DNA of 64,000 nucleotides from Candidatus Spongiisociaceae bacterium (GTDB lineage: Bacteria; Actinomycetota; Acidimicrobiia; Spongiisociales; Spongiisociaceae). Location: NCBI GenBank assembly GCA_965262915.1, contig OZ253564.1, positions 2,976,001 to 3,040,000 on the forward strand, read 5' to 3'. Position numbers and translations under genes: made by a program. A model generated the notes under the pieces. The model made no database searches, was not told the DNA's origin, and was given only the letters and a program-made list of their open reading frames with translations. Positions 37,224-47,105 of this stretch are shown here, in pieces; positions within the stretch are counted from its first letter, which is position 1; the number at the start of each line of letters is the position of its first letter.

Positions 37224-38516
37224 GTGCGCAGTACTACGGAGTTGATCCGGCACAAGCGTGACGGTGGGGAACTGCACCGGGACGAGATCCGGGCATTCCT
37301 GTCGGGTGTGGTGGACGGATCGATTCCGGAGTACCAGACGGCGGCCATGCTCATGGCGATCTACTTCCGCGGGATGACGGACTCGGAGCTGGCCGATTTC
37401 ACTGCAGCCATGATCGGATCCGGCGACCGCCTCGAGATCCGGACGGCAGCGCCCAAGGTGGACAAACACTCCACCGGAGGCGTCGGCGACAAGGTCAGCA
37501 TTCCTCTCGCCCCGCTCGTGGCGGCGTGCGGCGTCACCGTGCCGATGATGTCGGGCCGGGGCTTGGGCCACACGGGAGGCACCCTCGACAAGCTGGAGTC
37601 CATCCGGGGGTTCCGCACTTCGCTGACCCCGATGGAGTTCGGCGGGTTGGTCGAGCGGCACGGTGTGGTAATAGCCGGCCAGTCGGATCGTATCGTCCCG
37701 GCCGACAGGGCCCTCTACGCCCTCCGGGACACCACCGCCACGGTCGCATCGGTACCGCTGATCGCATCGTCGATCATGTCGAAAAAGCTGGTCGAGGGTC
37801 TCGATGCCCTGATCCTCGACATCAAGGTGGGAAGCGGGGCCTTCATGGAGACGATCGACAGCGCCCGGCTTCTCGCCCGGACGATGGTGAAGATCGGCGC
37901 TTCGCACGGTGTGTCGGTCAAGGCGTTCCTCACCGATATGAACCAGCCCCTGGGCCGTGAAGTTGGGAACGCCAACGAGGTGGCCGAGTCGATCTCGATC
38001 CTGCGGGGCAAGGGTCCCCCGGATCTGGTCGAACTGGTGAAGACCTTCGGGTCGGCCATGTTAGAGGCCGCCGGAGTCGACAACGGACGCGTCCGCCTCC
38101 AGCGGGCCATCGAGTCTGGGGACGGCCTCGCCAAGTTCAAGGAGATGGTCGAGGCGCAGGGCGGGGATGGATCGGTGGTGGACGAACCCGAGGGGCTCCC
38201 GGGAGCGGCCCGGGCCCGCAGGCTGAGGGCCGACCGGGAGGGGTACGTGGCGGCGATCGACGCGCGCGGGATCGGCTTGGCCGCCATGCGGATCGGAGCG
38301 GGGCGCGAGACCCTCGGCGACACGATCGACCACGGGGTCGGGATCACCCTGTCCGCCAGGGTCGGCGATGAGGTGCGGCCCGGTGACGTGCTGGCGACCC
38401 TGCGATTCAACGATCACCGCCCGCTCGACGGGGCGGCCCGGCTGGTGACCGACGCCTATCGCTTGGATCTCTACCCGCCCGATCCCCGATCGTTGATCCT
38501 GGAGGAGATCGGCTGA
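37224..38516 (+). CDS. deoA: Thymidine/pyrimidine-nucleoside phosphorylase
   Basis: DKHSTGGVGDK, SGRGLGHTGGTLDKLESI, SSIMSKK. Confidence 0.93.
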   Translation: MRSTTELIRHKRDGGELHRDEIRAFLSGVVDGSIPEYQTAAMLMAIYFRGMTDSELADFTAAMIGSGDRLEIRTAAPKVDKHSTGGVGDKVSIPLAPLVAACGVTVPMMSGRGLGHTGGTLDKLESIRGFRTSLTPMEFGGLVERHGVVIAGQSDRIVPADRALYALRDTTATVASVPLIASSIMSKKLVEGLDALILDIKVGSGAFMETIDSARLLARTMVKIGASHGVSVKAFLTDMNQPLGREVGNANEVAESISILRGKGPPDLVELVKTFGSAMLEAAGVDNGRVRLQRAIESGDGLAKFKEMVEAQGGDGSVVDEPEGLPGAARARRLRADREGYVAAIDARGIGLAAMRIGAGRETLGDTIDHGVGITLSARVGDEVRPGDVLATLRFNDHRPLDGAARLVTDAYRLDLYPPDPRSLILEEIG

Positions 38517-38577
38517 AAGATCGCTACCATTGTGCCGCCCTAGGGCCCGTGATCGTCGACGACGAGGAGTAGTGAAT

Positions 38578-39336
38578 ATGCAGGTGGTGGTGTGTGTCAA
38601 GCAGATCCCGGATCCTGCCTCGCCCTCTTCGCTCGATCCAGCCACCAACCGGCTCGTCCGTCCCCCCGAGCAGATACTGGACGACACCGACCGCTACGGG
38701 ATCGAAGTGGGCCTGCAACTCGGCGAGAAGACCGGAGGCTCGGTGACCCTCGTCTCGATGGGACCGACCGGAACCATGCAGGGAATCCGCCAAGCCCTGG
38801 CGATGGGAGCCGACAAGGCGGTGATCGTGGACGATCCCGCTCTGGAGGGCAGTGACGCCCTGACCACGGCGAAGGTTCTCGCCTCCGCCGCGCAGCGGGA
38901 GGGATTCGACGTGCTGGTGGCCGGTGTCGAGTCGACCGACGGCTACTCCGGGGTGGTGCCGCAGATGATGGCCGAGTTGCTCGATGTCCCCGCCCTCACG
39001 TTTGCCCGCAAGGTCGCTCTCGAAGGTTCGGCGCTCCGGATCGAGCGTCAGACGGCCGGAGGGTTCGACGTCGTCCAATGCGATCCGCCGGCGGTGCTGG
39101 CCGTTACGGCGGGCTCCGTCGAGCCGCGCTACCCGACCTTCCGAGGCATCATGGCGGCCAAGAACAAGCCCATAGACCGCTTGACGGCCGCCGATCTGAT
39201 GGTGGAGGGAGAGGCCGGACAGGCGGTGGTATCGGTTGCTCCCGCCCCCGAGCGGCAGGCCGGCGAGGTGGTGGAGGACGGTGGAACGGGCCACCTTCGT
39301 ATCGTCGAGTTTCTTGAAGTGGCAAAGGTGATCTAG
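38578..39336 (+). CDS. etfB: Electron transfer flavoprotein beta subunit
   Basis: VVCVKQIPD, ALAMGADKA, EPRYPTFRGIMAAK. Confidence 0.93.
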   Translation: MQVVVCVKQIPDPASPSSLDPATNRLVRPPEQILDDTDRYGIEVGLQLGEKTGGSVTLVSMGPTGTMQGIRQALAMGADKAVIVDDPALEGSDALTTAKVLASAAQREGFDVLVAGVESTDGYSGVVPQMMAELLDVPALTFARKVALEGSALRIERQTAGGFDVVQCDPPAVLAVTAGSVEPRYPTFRGIMAAKNKPIDRLTAADLMVEGEAGQAVVSVAPAPERQAGEVVEDGGTGHLRIVEFLEVAKVI

Positions 39337-40287
39337 ATGTCGACGTGGGTTTTCGCAGAAGAAGTGGACGGGGCTCCCGGGGAGGCGGCGCTCGAGGTAC
39401 TCACGAAGGCAGCGTCCCTTGGAGAGGTCACGGCTGTGTATCTCGGCGGGGAATCCGACCGAGCTATGTCGATCCTCGGCGCCTACGGCGCGGGAACCGT
39501 CTACCACCTGACGGGTGGAGGCGAGCTACCGGCAGCCGCCGCGGCGGCCGTGCTGGGGGGGCTGGTCGAGCGGGAGTCTCCCCGAGCGGTGATGTTCGCC
39601 CAGACCTACACGTCGCGAGACGTGGCGGGCCGGCTGGCGGCCAGGATCGACCGACCCGTCATCTCCAATGCAGTCGACGTAGCCATCGACGGTGGTTGCG
39701 CCGTGACTTCCGAGATATTCGGGGGTACCCAGATCGTGCAGACTGCGTTCACGGCCGGCGGTCCCCACCTGGTACTCGTCCGGCCCAAGTCGTTCACGGC
39801 CGAGGAAACCGGGGGCGCTGTAGAGAGGGTCGAGGTCATCGATCTGCCCGAGGTCGGACACGCCGGGTCACCCAAGGTGGTGGACCGGATCGTGGAGCAT
39901 GCGGAGGGACCGCAGTTTAGCGATGCCAAGATCATCGTGAGCGGTGGCCGCGGGCTGGGCAGTGCCGAGGCGTACTCGCTGATCGATGAGGTCGCGGAAC
40001 CTCTCAATGCAGCCACGGGCGCCACGCGGGCCATCGTCGACGCCGGATGGGTTCCCTACGCCAAGCAGGTGGGCCAGACGGGCAAGACGGTCAAACCCGA
40101 GGTCTACATGGCGTGCGGCATATCGGGCGCGATGCAGCACCTGGTGGGGATGAAGGACTCGAAGCGGATCGTGGCCATCAACAAGGATCCGGAGGCCCCC
40201 ATCTTCTCGGTGGCCGACCTCGGGATCGTGGGCGATCTGCACAAGGTCCTGCCGAAGCTGACCGAGGCGCTGCGCATCAGGGGTTAG
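39337..40287 (+). CDS. etfA: Electron transfer flavoprotein alpha subunit
   Basis: [40 protein letters not shown]. Confidence 0.95.
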   Translation: MSTWVFAEEVDGAPGEAALEVLTKAASLGEVTAVYLGGESDRAMSILGAYGAGTVYHLTGGGELPAAAAAAVLGGLVERESPRAVMFAQTYTSRDVAGRLAARIDRPVISNAVDVAIDGGCAVTSEIFGGTQIVQTAFTAGGPHLVLVRPKSFTAEETGGAVERVEVIDLPEVGHAGSPKVVDRIVEHAEGPQFSDAKIIVSGGRGLGSAEAYSLIDEVAEPLNAATGATRAIVDAGWVPYAKQVGQTGKTVKPEVYMACGISGAMQHLVGMKDSKRIVAINKDPEAPIFSVADLGIVGDLHKVLPKLTEALRIRG

Positions 40288-40425
40288 CAGGAAAGGGCGG
40301 TCGAGCGACCGGCCTCCTTACCGGCGAGTTACGGCCCGCGCACCTCTCGCCTCTTGGCCGGTCGTCGAGCACCGGTGAAGTGGAAACCTACGCGCCGTCC
40401 CAAACCGGACCGCAGTGGTCGACGG

Positions 40426-40852
40426 TTACGGGGAATGCCACGTTCTTCGGTTCTCCTTGCGCACCACCAAGCGGAGACCGCTCCAGTCGCCGTCGATGGC
40501 ACACACCTTGTTGTCGACCAGCCCCAGGGGAAGGGCAACGGCGCGGATCACGTCTTCGGTGAGGTCGACATGCCGGGGAGATGACTTCTTTGGCCAGGCG
40601 ATCCACAGGGCGCCGGTGGGCCGGAAGCCGTCCAACCAGGCGCGGGAACACCCGGTCGAAGCGGCGCCTGTCAGGGGCGAACGCGATCAGGAGGGGGCAA
40701 GGCAACCGAGGGTTGTTGATCAACCTGGCGTCTGCGGGGAGCGGATCGACCAGGGCGGCCAGATGTCCGGGATCTGCGACCACCCCGACCCGGTATCCCT
40801 CCTTTATGCCGAGTTTCCTCACCAGGGGGGTACCCGAGTATCCGGCGCTCAT
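40426..40852 (-). pseudogene. DUF3052-family protein with one frameshift
   Basis: MSAGYSGTPLVRKLGIK in one frame; GALWIAWPKKSS..LPLGLVDNKVCAIDGDWSGLRLV in another; 427-nt span. Confidence 0.75.
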
Positions 40853-40859
40853 AGGGCCA

Positions 40860-41260
40860 CGATAAGAGCCGTGCATACGCTGTCCCAATCGATCCGGCCG
40901 GTTGCCGAGCCGGAGCAGGGACGCGACGGTATGTGCCGGGTAGCCGGTGCTGCCCGGCCGGGTCTCGAGCGCACGGGCGAGGAAGGAGGCCATCCGGTCC
41001 AGGGCCACCCAGGTCTGCGGGCAGTAGCGGTCGCTGTCGGCCGGGTTGCAGCCCAGGGGTCTTCCCAACCCGTCCATGACCTCGATACGCTTTGTTCGGG
41101 TATGGCGGCGTCGTACCCGATCGCCACGCGCCATCCCATCGTGGGGAGCACATCCGGTCACTCACCAGGGAGCACCAGCATCTGCACGCCACCCGCTCCG
41201 GGGGGCAGAGGGTGTAGGCGGCTCCAGAAACCCTCTCGCGCGGCGGAGTCCTGCCGATCC
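40860..41260 (-). pseudogene. Collapsed paralogue fragments of the adjacent surface protein
   Basis: GGVQMLVLPGE*, RVAIGYDAAIP, LGCNPADSDRYCP..MASFLARAL match separate parts of 41285-44929 in the same order. Confidence 0.8.
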
Positions 41261-41284
41261 GGTCTCCTGCCTAGCCGCTGGCGT

Positions 41285-44200
41285 TCAGGCGCCCGCTCGA
41301 GCTCGGGCGAGCCACACATCGACCTGGTTGCGGTGCAGGGCGACCCATATGGTGACGAGGCCGACGAGGTCTGTGCCTTGGTTCTGTTGGGCGATCTGGC
41401 GCGACACGTCGATGGGATCGAGTTCGACCACCTGGAGGAGCCGGGCGGCCGCAGGATTGGCCCGGAGGAATTCGGCGTTGGCGGTGACCTTGATATCGGC
41501 AGCCAGCCATCCGAGTTGGCAGGTGCCTCGGGTGGCGGCAGCGGGGCATCGGTGCAGGGCGATGGGTGCGGTGCCGGGTCGTTGGTCCCCATCCTCGCCG
41601 CCCGGGACGCCCAGCGGGTTCGAGTCGTCGAGGACCTGCTCTACCGCAAGCCACACGGTGTGTCGGCCCGGATCCAGCGCGTCGAGGTAGTGGCTCGGTC
41701 CCCAGACGTAGGCTATTGCGGGTTCGCCTTCCAGGACTCCGGTCACCATCTGGTCCCGCGGGGGGTTGTAGTCGCCTGTGACCTGGCGGATACTGGTCCA
41801 GTTCGCCAACGCGATCATGCTGTCGATGATGTCAGCGCATGTCCAGCTCGGCGGGCAACCGTATATATCGGCCACGCCGTCTCCGGGGTTGGCGTCGGTG
41901 CGGTCGTAGGCGGCGAGGGCGGCGGGGCTCCGGTTCAGGTCGTCGAGGGTCTCGATCCCGTATTCATCGGCGAAGCTCTTGGTGACCAAGAATCCCTGCA
42001 CTCCCCCGGCGGTCATCTGGTCGCCGATGGCGATGACGTGGTCCCGGACCGAGGACCCGTCCGGTAGTTGCCGGTCCAGGAAGCGTTCGTGGTACGGGAA
42101 CCATCCGTTGGGCCACAGATCGAAGTCTCCCTCGGCCATGGCCGGGTAGGCGATCCCGGGGGACAGTTCCAAGTCGGCGGGATCGGTGACCTCGTAGCCG
42201 AGTTCTTGGAGCAGCGCCCGGTAGAGGGCGGCCTGGAAGTAGCCGGTTGACCAGTCGGCCCGGGCCATCCTAATGCTCACACCCTCGCCGGGGTGCAGTA
42301 CCGGGGGTATGGCTGTGAGCGCCCGGGCGAGGAAGGATGCCATCTGGTCGCGTGGCACCGCTTTGTCGGGGCAGTAGGACAGCGGTTCCGCCCTACAGCC
42401 CTTGGTCACTCCCGCCGCCAGGATGCCCTCCACGGCCCCCGCCCCTTCGGCGTCGGCGGGCACGTCCACAAAGACCCCCACCGCTTCGGCCACTTCGCTG
42501 ATCGCGGGGAATGCCCGCGCCAGGAACGCGGCCGTCTCCAGGCGGGTGAGCGGTTCATAGGGTCGGAAAGTCCCGTCCTCGTACAGCTCCACCACCCCCA
42601 GATCGGCCAGCCTCTCCACATATCCCAGATACCAGGCGTCATCAGGCACGTCGGAGAAGCGACTGGTGGTCACCGCAGGGTCGCCTTCCTCTCCCAGCGC
42701 CCGGGCCAGGAATGCCATCATCTGGGCGCGGGCCACCACCGTTGCCGGGCAATACCGGTCGTTGTCGGGCGGGTTACAACCCAAGGTGATACCCAACTCG
42801 GCCATCGTCTCGATGCTCTCCTCATGCACGTTCCCGTCATCATCAGAGAAACGGCCCGCGTGCGAAGGCTCAGGGCTAGGCGGCGGCTCCGGTTGCGGGG
42901 GCGGCGCGGAGGTGTCTGTCACCCGGACCACGTAGTTGTTGCCCACCCGCTCCACCACCTCCACGGTGGCAGCCCCGATCTCGAAGGTCTCACCGGCGAA
43001 ATGCACATGCTTGACGAGACGGGCCCTTCCACGGCTGTCGAGGTCATCGCCGCGGGTGGTGCCGGTCTCGGCGGGAGGGAAGGGTTGGGTGCGCCGGGCG
43101 GTTCCCCAGCATGCGCCGCCGGCAGGTCGGGCGCATGCCCGTTCGCGCTGATCTATGCGGTAGACCTCCACGCCCTGTCTGGGTATGGCGGCGTCGTACC
43201 CGATCGCCACCCGCGCCCCCAGGGTTGTGAACACACCCGGTCGCTCACCGGGGAGCACCAGCATCTGGACGCCACCCTCTCCGGGCGGGCGCAGCGTGTA
43301 GTCGGCTACCGTCCCCGCCCCGTGAACGATCACCTCGTCGGGGCTGATCCAGCCGGCCGCGTAACGGTTGATCGCGATCGTTCCGGTTCTGAGGTCGGGG
43401 TCGAGGGGACCGCTCATCATGTCCATCGGGTTGTCGTGCTCGTATACCCCGCGGGTCTCGGCCCGGCGCGACCAGCGGATATTGCCGCCGAACGAGCGCG
43501 GGAGGCCCAGGCTGTGACCGATCCAGTGGGCGACTGTCGACAGGCGTGGCTCCCTGCGGGGCGCGGCGCCCGAAACGGCGCCTGCCCCGACCGCCACCAC
43601 TTCGAGGCCGGCGGAGCCATCGATAGCGGTGGTGTCGTCCACGACGAGCAGTGGCCGGTCGGATCCTTCACCAAGTATGGCAGTGTGGCATCGAGACCTG
43701 TCGTCGCCCTCAACGGTGCCGGCTAAGCGGAAGCTCGGCCGGTACCGACCGCCGGAGATCCAGTCGAAGTATCGGGTGAGCTCGCGGTTCAGCCGGTCCA
43801 CCAACCTGGACGGCTCGATCTCCACTTCACCTGACGGTGTGTCACAGGTCCATACGTTCCATACCTGATCCCTGAGGGTGTAGAACCGGTGTATGTCCGC
43901 GTACATGACAAGTTGCAACGGGTCGGATAGGAACGGGTCGATCGAGCCGGGGTTCGTCAGCTCGTTTCCTTCGATATTCAGAACTTCCAGTTCTGCCAAG
44001 TTGGAAAGCCCCGCGATTCTGGATCCGGTCAGTTGATTGCTGTGGAGAGACAGATATCGAAGGTTGGTGAGATTAGCCAGGGTGAATGGGACAGGCCCTG
44101 TCAGACGATTCATACCCAGGTCAAGATTCTCAAGTTCGGTGAGTTCTCCTATTTGTTCGGGTATCGAGCCGATGAGTTGATTGGTGTGGAGAGACAGGTG

Positions 44201-44929
44201 CTTGAGGTTGGGCAGCTTTGTTATCGTTGCTGGTATAGGTCCTGTGAGTTGGTTGCTGCCGAGGTCGAGGATTTCTAGCTGGGTGAGTTCTCCTATTTGT
44301 TCGGGTATCGAGCCGATGAGTTGATTGGTGTGGAGAGACAGGTATTTGAGGTTGGGCAGTCTTGTTATCGTTGCTGGTATAGGTCCTGTGAGTTGGTTGC
44401 TGCCGAGGTCGAGGATTTCTAGCTGGGTGAGTTCTCCTATTTGTTCGGGTATCGAGCCGATGAGTTGATTGGTGTGGAGAGACAGGTATTTGAGGCCGCC
44501 GAGTTCGGTGAGTTCCTCCGGGATCGAGCCGGTGAGGTGGTTGCCACCGAGGTCCAACACCAAGAGTCCGGAAAGGCCTCCGAGTGCGGGCGAGATGGAT
44601 CCTGTCAAGCCGGCGTCGGGCAGGTCGAGGGATTCGACACCGGAGCTACCCGTCGATATCCCTTGCCAACGGACGAACGGCGTGGTCGACAGCCAGGCCT
44701 GCGGGTTGTCGGGGTCATCCAGGACACCGGGATCGTCGAGGTTGGTGAGGAACTCCCACAGAGTCCCGCAGTCGGATAGCAAGGTCTCCTGTGTGTCAGG
44801 TACGACAGCTTCCGAGTCGCACGGAGACTCCGCCCGCGCCGGACTGACCCAGATGAGAAGGCCAAGAGTCAGCCCTGCAAGGATCCAGCACCCGGACGCG
44901 GTCGCGCCCAGTTTGATTCGTGTTAACAC
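41285..44929 (-). CDS. Secreted modular surface protein: plant-type LRRs, inactive metallopeptidase-like domain, SLH-like repeats, OpuAC-type substrate-binding domain
   Basis: Signal peptide ending SPARA; LxxLxLxxNxLxGxIP repeats; HWIGHSLGLP; FSDDDGNVHE/FSDVPDDAWY/FVDVPAD; ADWSTGYFQA..GCPPSWTC. Confidence 0.85.
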   Translation of the reverse strand: MLTRIKLGATASGCWILAGLTLGLLIWVSPARAESPCDSEAVVPDTQETLLSDCGTLWEFLTNLDDPGVLDDPDNPQAWLSTTPFVRWQGISTGSSGVESLDLPDAGLTGSISPALGGLSGLLVLDLGGNHLTGSIPEELTELGGLKYLSLHTNQLIGSIPEQIGELTQLEILDLGSNQLTGPIPATITRLPNLKYLSLHTNQLIGSIPEQIGELTQLEILDLGSNQLTGPIPATITKLPNLKHLSLHTNQLIGSIPEQIGELTELENLDLGMNRLTGPVPFTLANLTNLRYLSLHSNQLTGSRIAGLSNLAELEVLNIEGNELTNPGSIDPFLSDPLQLVMYADIHRFYTLRDQVWNVWTCDTPSGEVEIEPSRLVDRLNRELTRYFDWISGGRYRPSFRLAGTVEGDDRSRCHTAILGEGSDRPLLVVDDTTAIDGSAGLEVVAVGAGAVSGAAPRREPRLSTVAHWIGHSLGLPRSFGGNIRWSRRAETRGVYEHDNPMDMMSGPLDPDLRTGTIAINRYAAGWISPDEVIVHGAGTVADYTLRPPGEGGVQMLVLPGERPGVFTTLGARVAIGYDAAIPRQGVEVYRIDQRERACARPAGGACWGTARRTQPFPPAETGTTRGDDLDSRGRARLVKHVHFAGETFEIGAATVEVVERVGNNYVVRVTDTSAPPPQPEPPPSPEPSHAGRFSDDDGNVHEESIETMAELGITLGCNPPDNDRYCPATVVARAQMMAFLARALGEEGDPAVTTSRFSDVPDDAWYLGYVERLADLGVVELYEDGTFRPYEPLTRLETAAFLARAFPAISEVAEAVGVFVDVPADAEGAGAVEGILAAGVTKGCRAEPLSYCPDKAVPRDQMASFLARALTAIPPVLHPGEGVSIRMARADWSTGYFQAALYRALLQELGYEVTDPADLELSPGIAYPAMAEGDFDLWPNGWFPYHERFLDRQLPDGSSVRDHVIAIGDQMTAGGVQGFLVTKSFADEYGIETLDDLNRSPAALAAYDRTDANPGDGVADIYGCPPSWTCADIIDSMIALANWTSIRQVTGDYNPPRDQMVTGVLEGEPAIAYVWGPSHYLDALDPGRHTVWLAVEQVLDDSNPLGVPGGEDGDQRPGTAPIALHRCPAAATRGTCQLGWLAADIKVTANAEFLRANPAAARLLQVVELDPIDVSRQIAQQNQGTDLVGLVTIWVALHRNQVDVWLARARAGA
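44138..44495. repeat. 144-bp tandem repeat (2.5 copies) encoding pairs of LRRs
   Basis: GGTGAGTTCTCCTATTTG recurs at 44138, 44282 and 44426, with few mismatches between units. Confidence 0.92.
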
Positions 44930-45002
44930 CCTGCGGACCCGCTTTGGAGGTATGGCTGCCGATACTACCGCCCCTCCTCGCGGGCGACCGTCCGGCCAGG
45001 AG

Positions 45003-46010
45003 GTAGCCGGTTGACCAGTTGGCCCGGGCCATCCGGATGCTCACACCCTCGCCGGGTTGCAGTACCGGGGGTATGGCTGTGAGCGCGCGGGCGAGGAAGG
45101 ATGCCATCTGGTCGCGTGGCACCGCTCTGTCGGGGCTGTAGGACAGCGGTTCCGCCCTACAGCCCCTGGTTACCCCGCCGCCAGGATGCCCTCCACAGCT
45201 CGCGCCCTTCGGCGTCAGCGGGCACGTCCACAAAGACCCCCACGGTTCGGCCACTTGGCTGATCGCGGGGAATGCGCGCGCCAGGAACGCGGCCATGTCG
45301 AGACGGGTAAGCGGTTCGTAGGGTCGGAAGGTCACGTCCTCGTACGGCTCCACCACTCCCAGATCGGCCAGCCTCTCCACGTATCCCAGATACCAGGCGG
45401 CTCTCGCCCTTGACTTCTCCTCTGTGCTGGGGCACCGTCTCGTACCGGCCATTGGAGAGCCGATCGAAGTAGAGAAGCAGTTCTTCATTCACAAGGTCAC
45501 GTTTGCGTCCGAATCATTGATCACGGGACCACTCGCCGAGTCAGAGGACCACACGCCCCACAATGCGTACCCAGTGAGCAGTGCCGGAGGAGATCAGCAC
45601 GAACAATGAGGCGTAAAGGATCCGCCGCGAAGGGGTCCTCTGGAGTACTCTTCCTCGGCTTCTCACCTTCCGTGCCGGGCGGAGGTCGAACACGGCGGGC
45701 TATAGCCGCCGGTACGGGCCGCTGAACTCGTTACCGTATTGCGATATCCTGAGCACGCTGTACGGATCACCGAGTTTCCTCAGGAATCTCACCAGTCAGG
45801 TTGTTGTTGTGAAGGTATAGATAGTGGAGCTTGGCAAGCCCGCTCAGCTCCGTCGGTAGCGATCCTTCCAGAAGGTTGTCATGGGGATCCATGCTGACCA
45901 GGTTCTCAAGCCGGCCCAGTTCCGCCGGAATCGATCCGGTCAAGTGATTACCGGCCAGGTCGAGAATCTCGATATTCGTGAGGTTGCCGAGTTCCCCGGG
46001 TATCGATCCG
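45003..46010 (-). pseudogene. Collapsed upstream paralogue of the surface protein
   Basis: LRR piece 45767-46010; NEELLLYFDRLSNGRY piece near 45440-45490; 45003-45398 is a close copy of 42239-42638 with small indels. Confidence 0.85.
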
Positions 46011-46029
46011 TGTCGGGTAGCGTTGGGGC

Positions 46030-47031
46030 GTGGGCTCGGAGGCGACAATGATCGAGATCGCGGGCGAGGAGGTGCGTATCACCTCGCCGGATCGGGTCGT
46101 GTTCCCGCGGCAGAGCTGGACCAAGCTGGATGTGGTGCTCCACTTCAGGACGGTGGCCGAGGGTTGCCTGCGGGGCGTGTTCGGCCGTCCCACGATGATG
46201 AAGCGGTACATGAAGAACGTCGAGTTGCCGCCCATCTACCACAAGCGGGCATCGGCGAAGAGCCCGTTCGAGACCGCCATGATCCGGTTCCCCTCCCAGA
46301 GGGCCGGTCGGATGAACGTGCTCCGCACTCCGGCCGACATCCTGCGGTTCGTCCAACTCGGCTGCCTCGACCTGCATCCCTGGCCTGTTCGGGCCGAGGA
46401 CCTCGACCACCCCGACGAGTTGCGCTTCGACTTCGACCCGACCGACAGCTTCACCTTCTCCGATGTCAAGCGGGCCGTCCTCCACGCCAAGGAACTGCTC
46501 GACGAGTTGGGCCTGGTGGGCTGGCCCAAGACCTCCGGGAGTCGCGGTATCCACGTGTACGTGAGGATCGAGCCGTGGTGGGACTTCTTCCAGACCCGCC
46601 GGGCGGTGCTCGCCTTCGGGAGGGAACTGGAGCGCCGCCATCCCGATTTGATCACCACCAAGTGGTGGAAGGAGGAACGTCGGGGCATCTTCGTCGACTA
46701 CAACCAGAACGCCCGTGACAAGACCGTGTCCTCGGCCTACGGCGTGCGGCCGACGGGTTTCGTGTCGGCTCCTGTCACGTGGGAGGAACTGCCCGATGTC
46801 GAGACCGAGGACTTCCCCATGAACCGTTTCGCCGACCGCTATGCCGCGGTGGGCGACCTGGCGGCCGGCATCGACCGCGCCCCGGCGCGTATCGATCGGT
46901 TGCTGGAGTGGGTGGCGCGGGACGAGGCCGCAGGCGAGGGCGATGCTCCGTGGCCTCCCAACTACCCGAAGATGCCGGGCGAGCCGCCTCGGGTACAACC
47001 CTCCAAGATGGTCAAGGCGAACTGGGAGTGA
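46030..47031 (+). CDS. LigD-type primase-polymerase domain protein (Prim-PolC-like)
   Basis: ITSPDRVVFP, HPDELRFDFDP, KTSGSRGIHVY, KWWKEER, FVDYNQNARDKT. Confidence 0.9.
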   Translation: MGSEATMIEIAGEEVRITSPDRVVFPRQSWTKLDVVLHFRTVAEGCLRGVFGRPTMMKRYMKNVELPPIYHKRASAKSPFETAMIRFPSQRAGRMNVLRTPADILRFVQLGCLDLHPWPVRAEDLDHPDELRFDFDPTDSFTFSDVKRAVLHAKELLDELGLVGWPKTSGSRGIHVYVRIEPWWDFFQTRRAVLAFGRELERRHPDLITTKWWKEERRGIFVDYNQNARDKTVSSAYGVRPTGFVSAPVTWEELPDVETEDFPMNRFADRYAAVGDLAAGIDRAPARIDRLLEWVARDEAAGEGDAPWPPNYPKMPGEPPRVQPSKMVKANWE

Positions 47032-47105
47032 GACCACCGTCGTAGGCGTACGGAGGAGGGCTGCCGATCCGCGCAGGACCCGATACTGTGGGACAGGGAA
47101 CCGGA

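Noticed and set aside
44138-44495. CRISPR array
   Set aside because: 144-bp in-frame coding repeats without unique spacers; no cas genes in the window.
42239-45398. Diversity-generating retroelement TR/VR pair
   Set aside because: Differences between the copies include indels and are not adenine-specific; the only RT-related sequence is the dead intron remnant.
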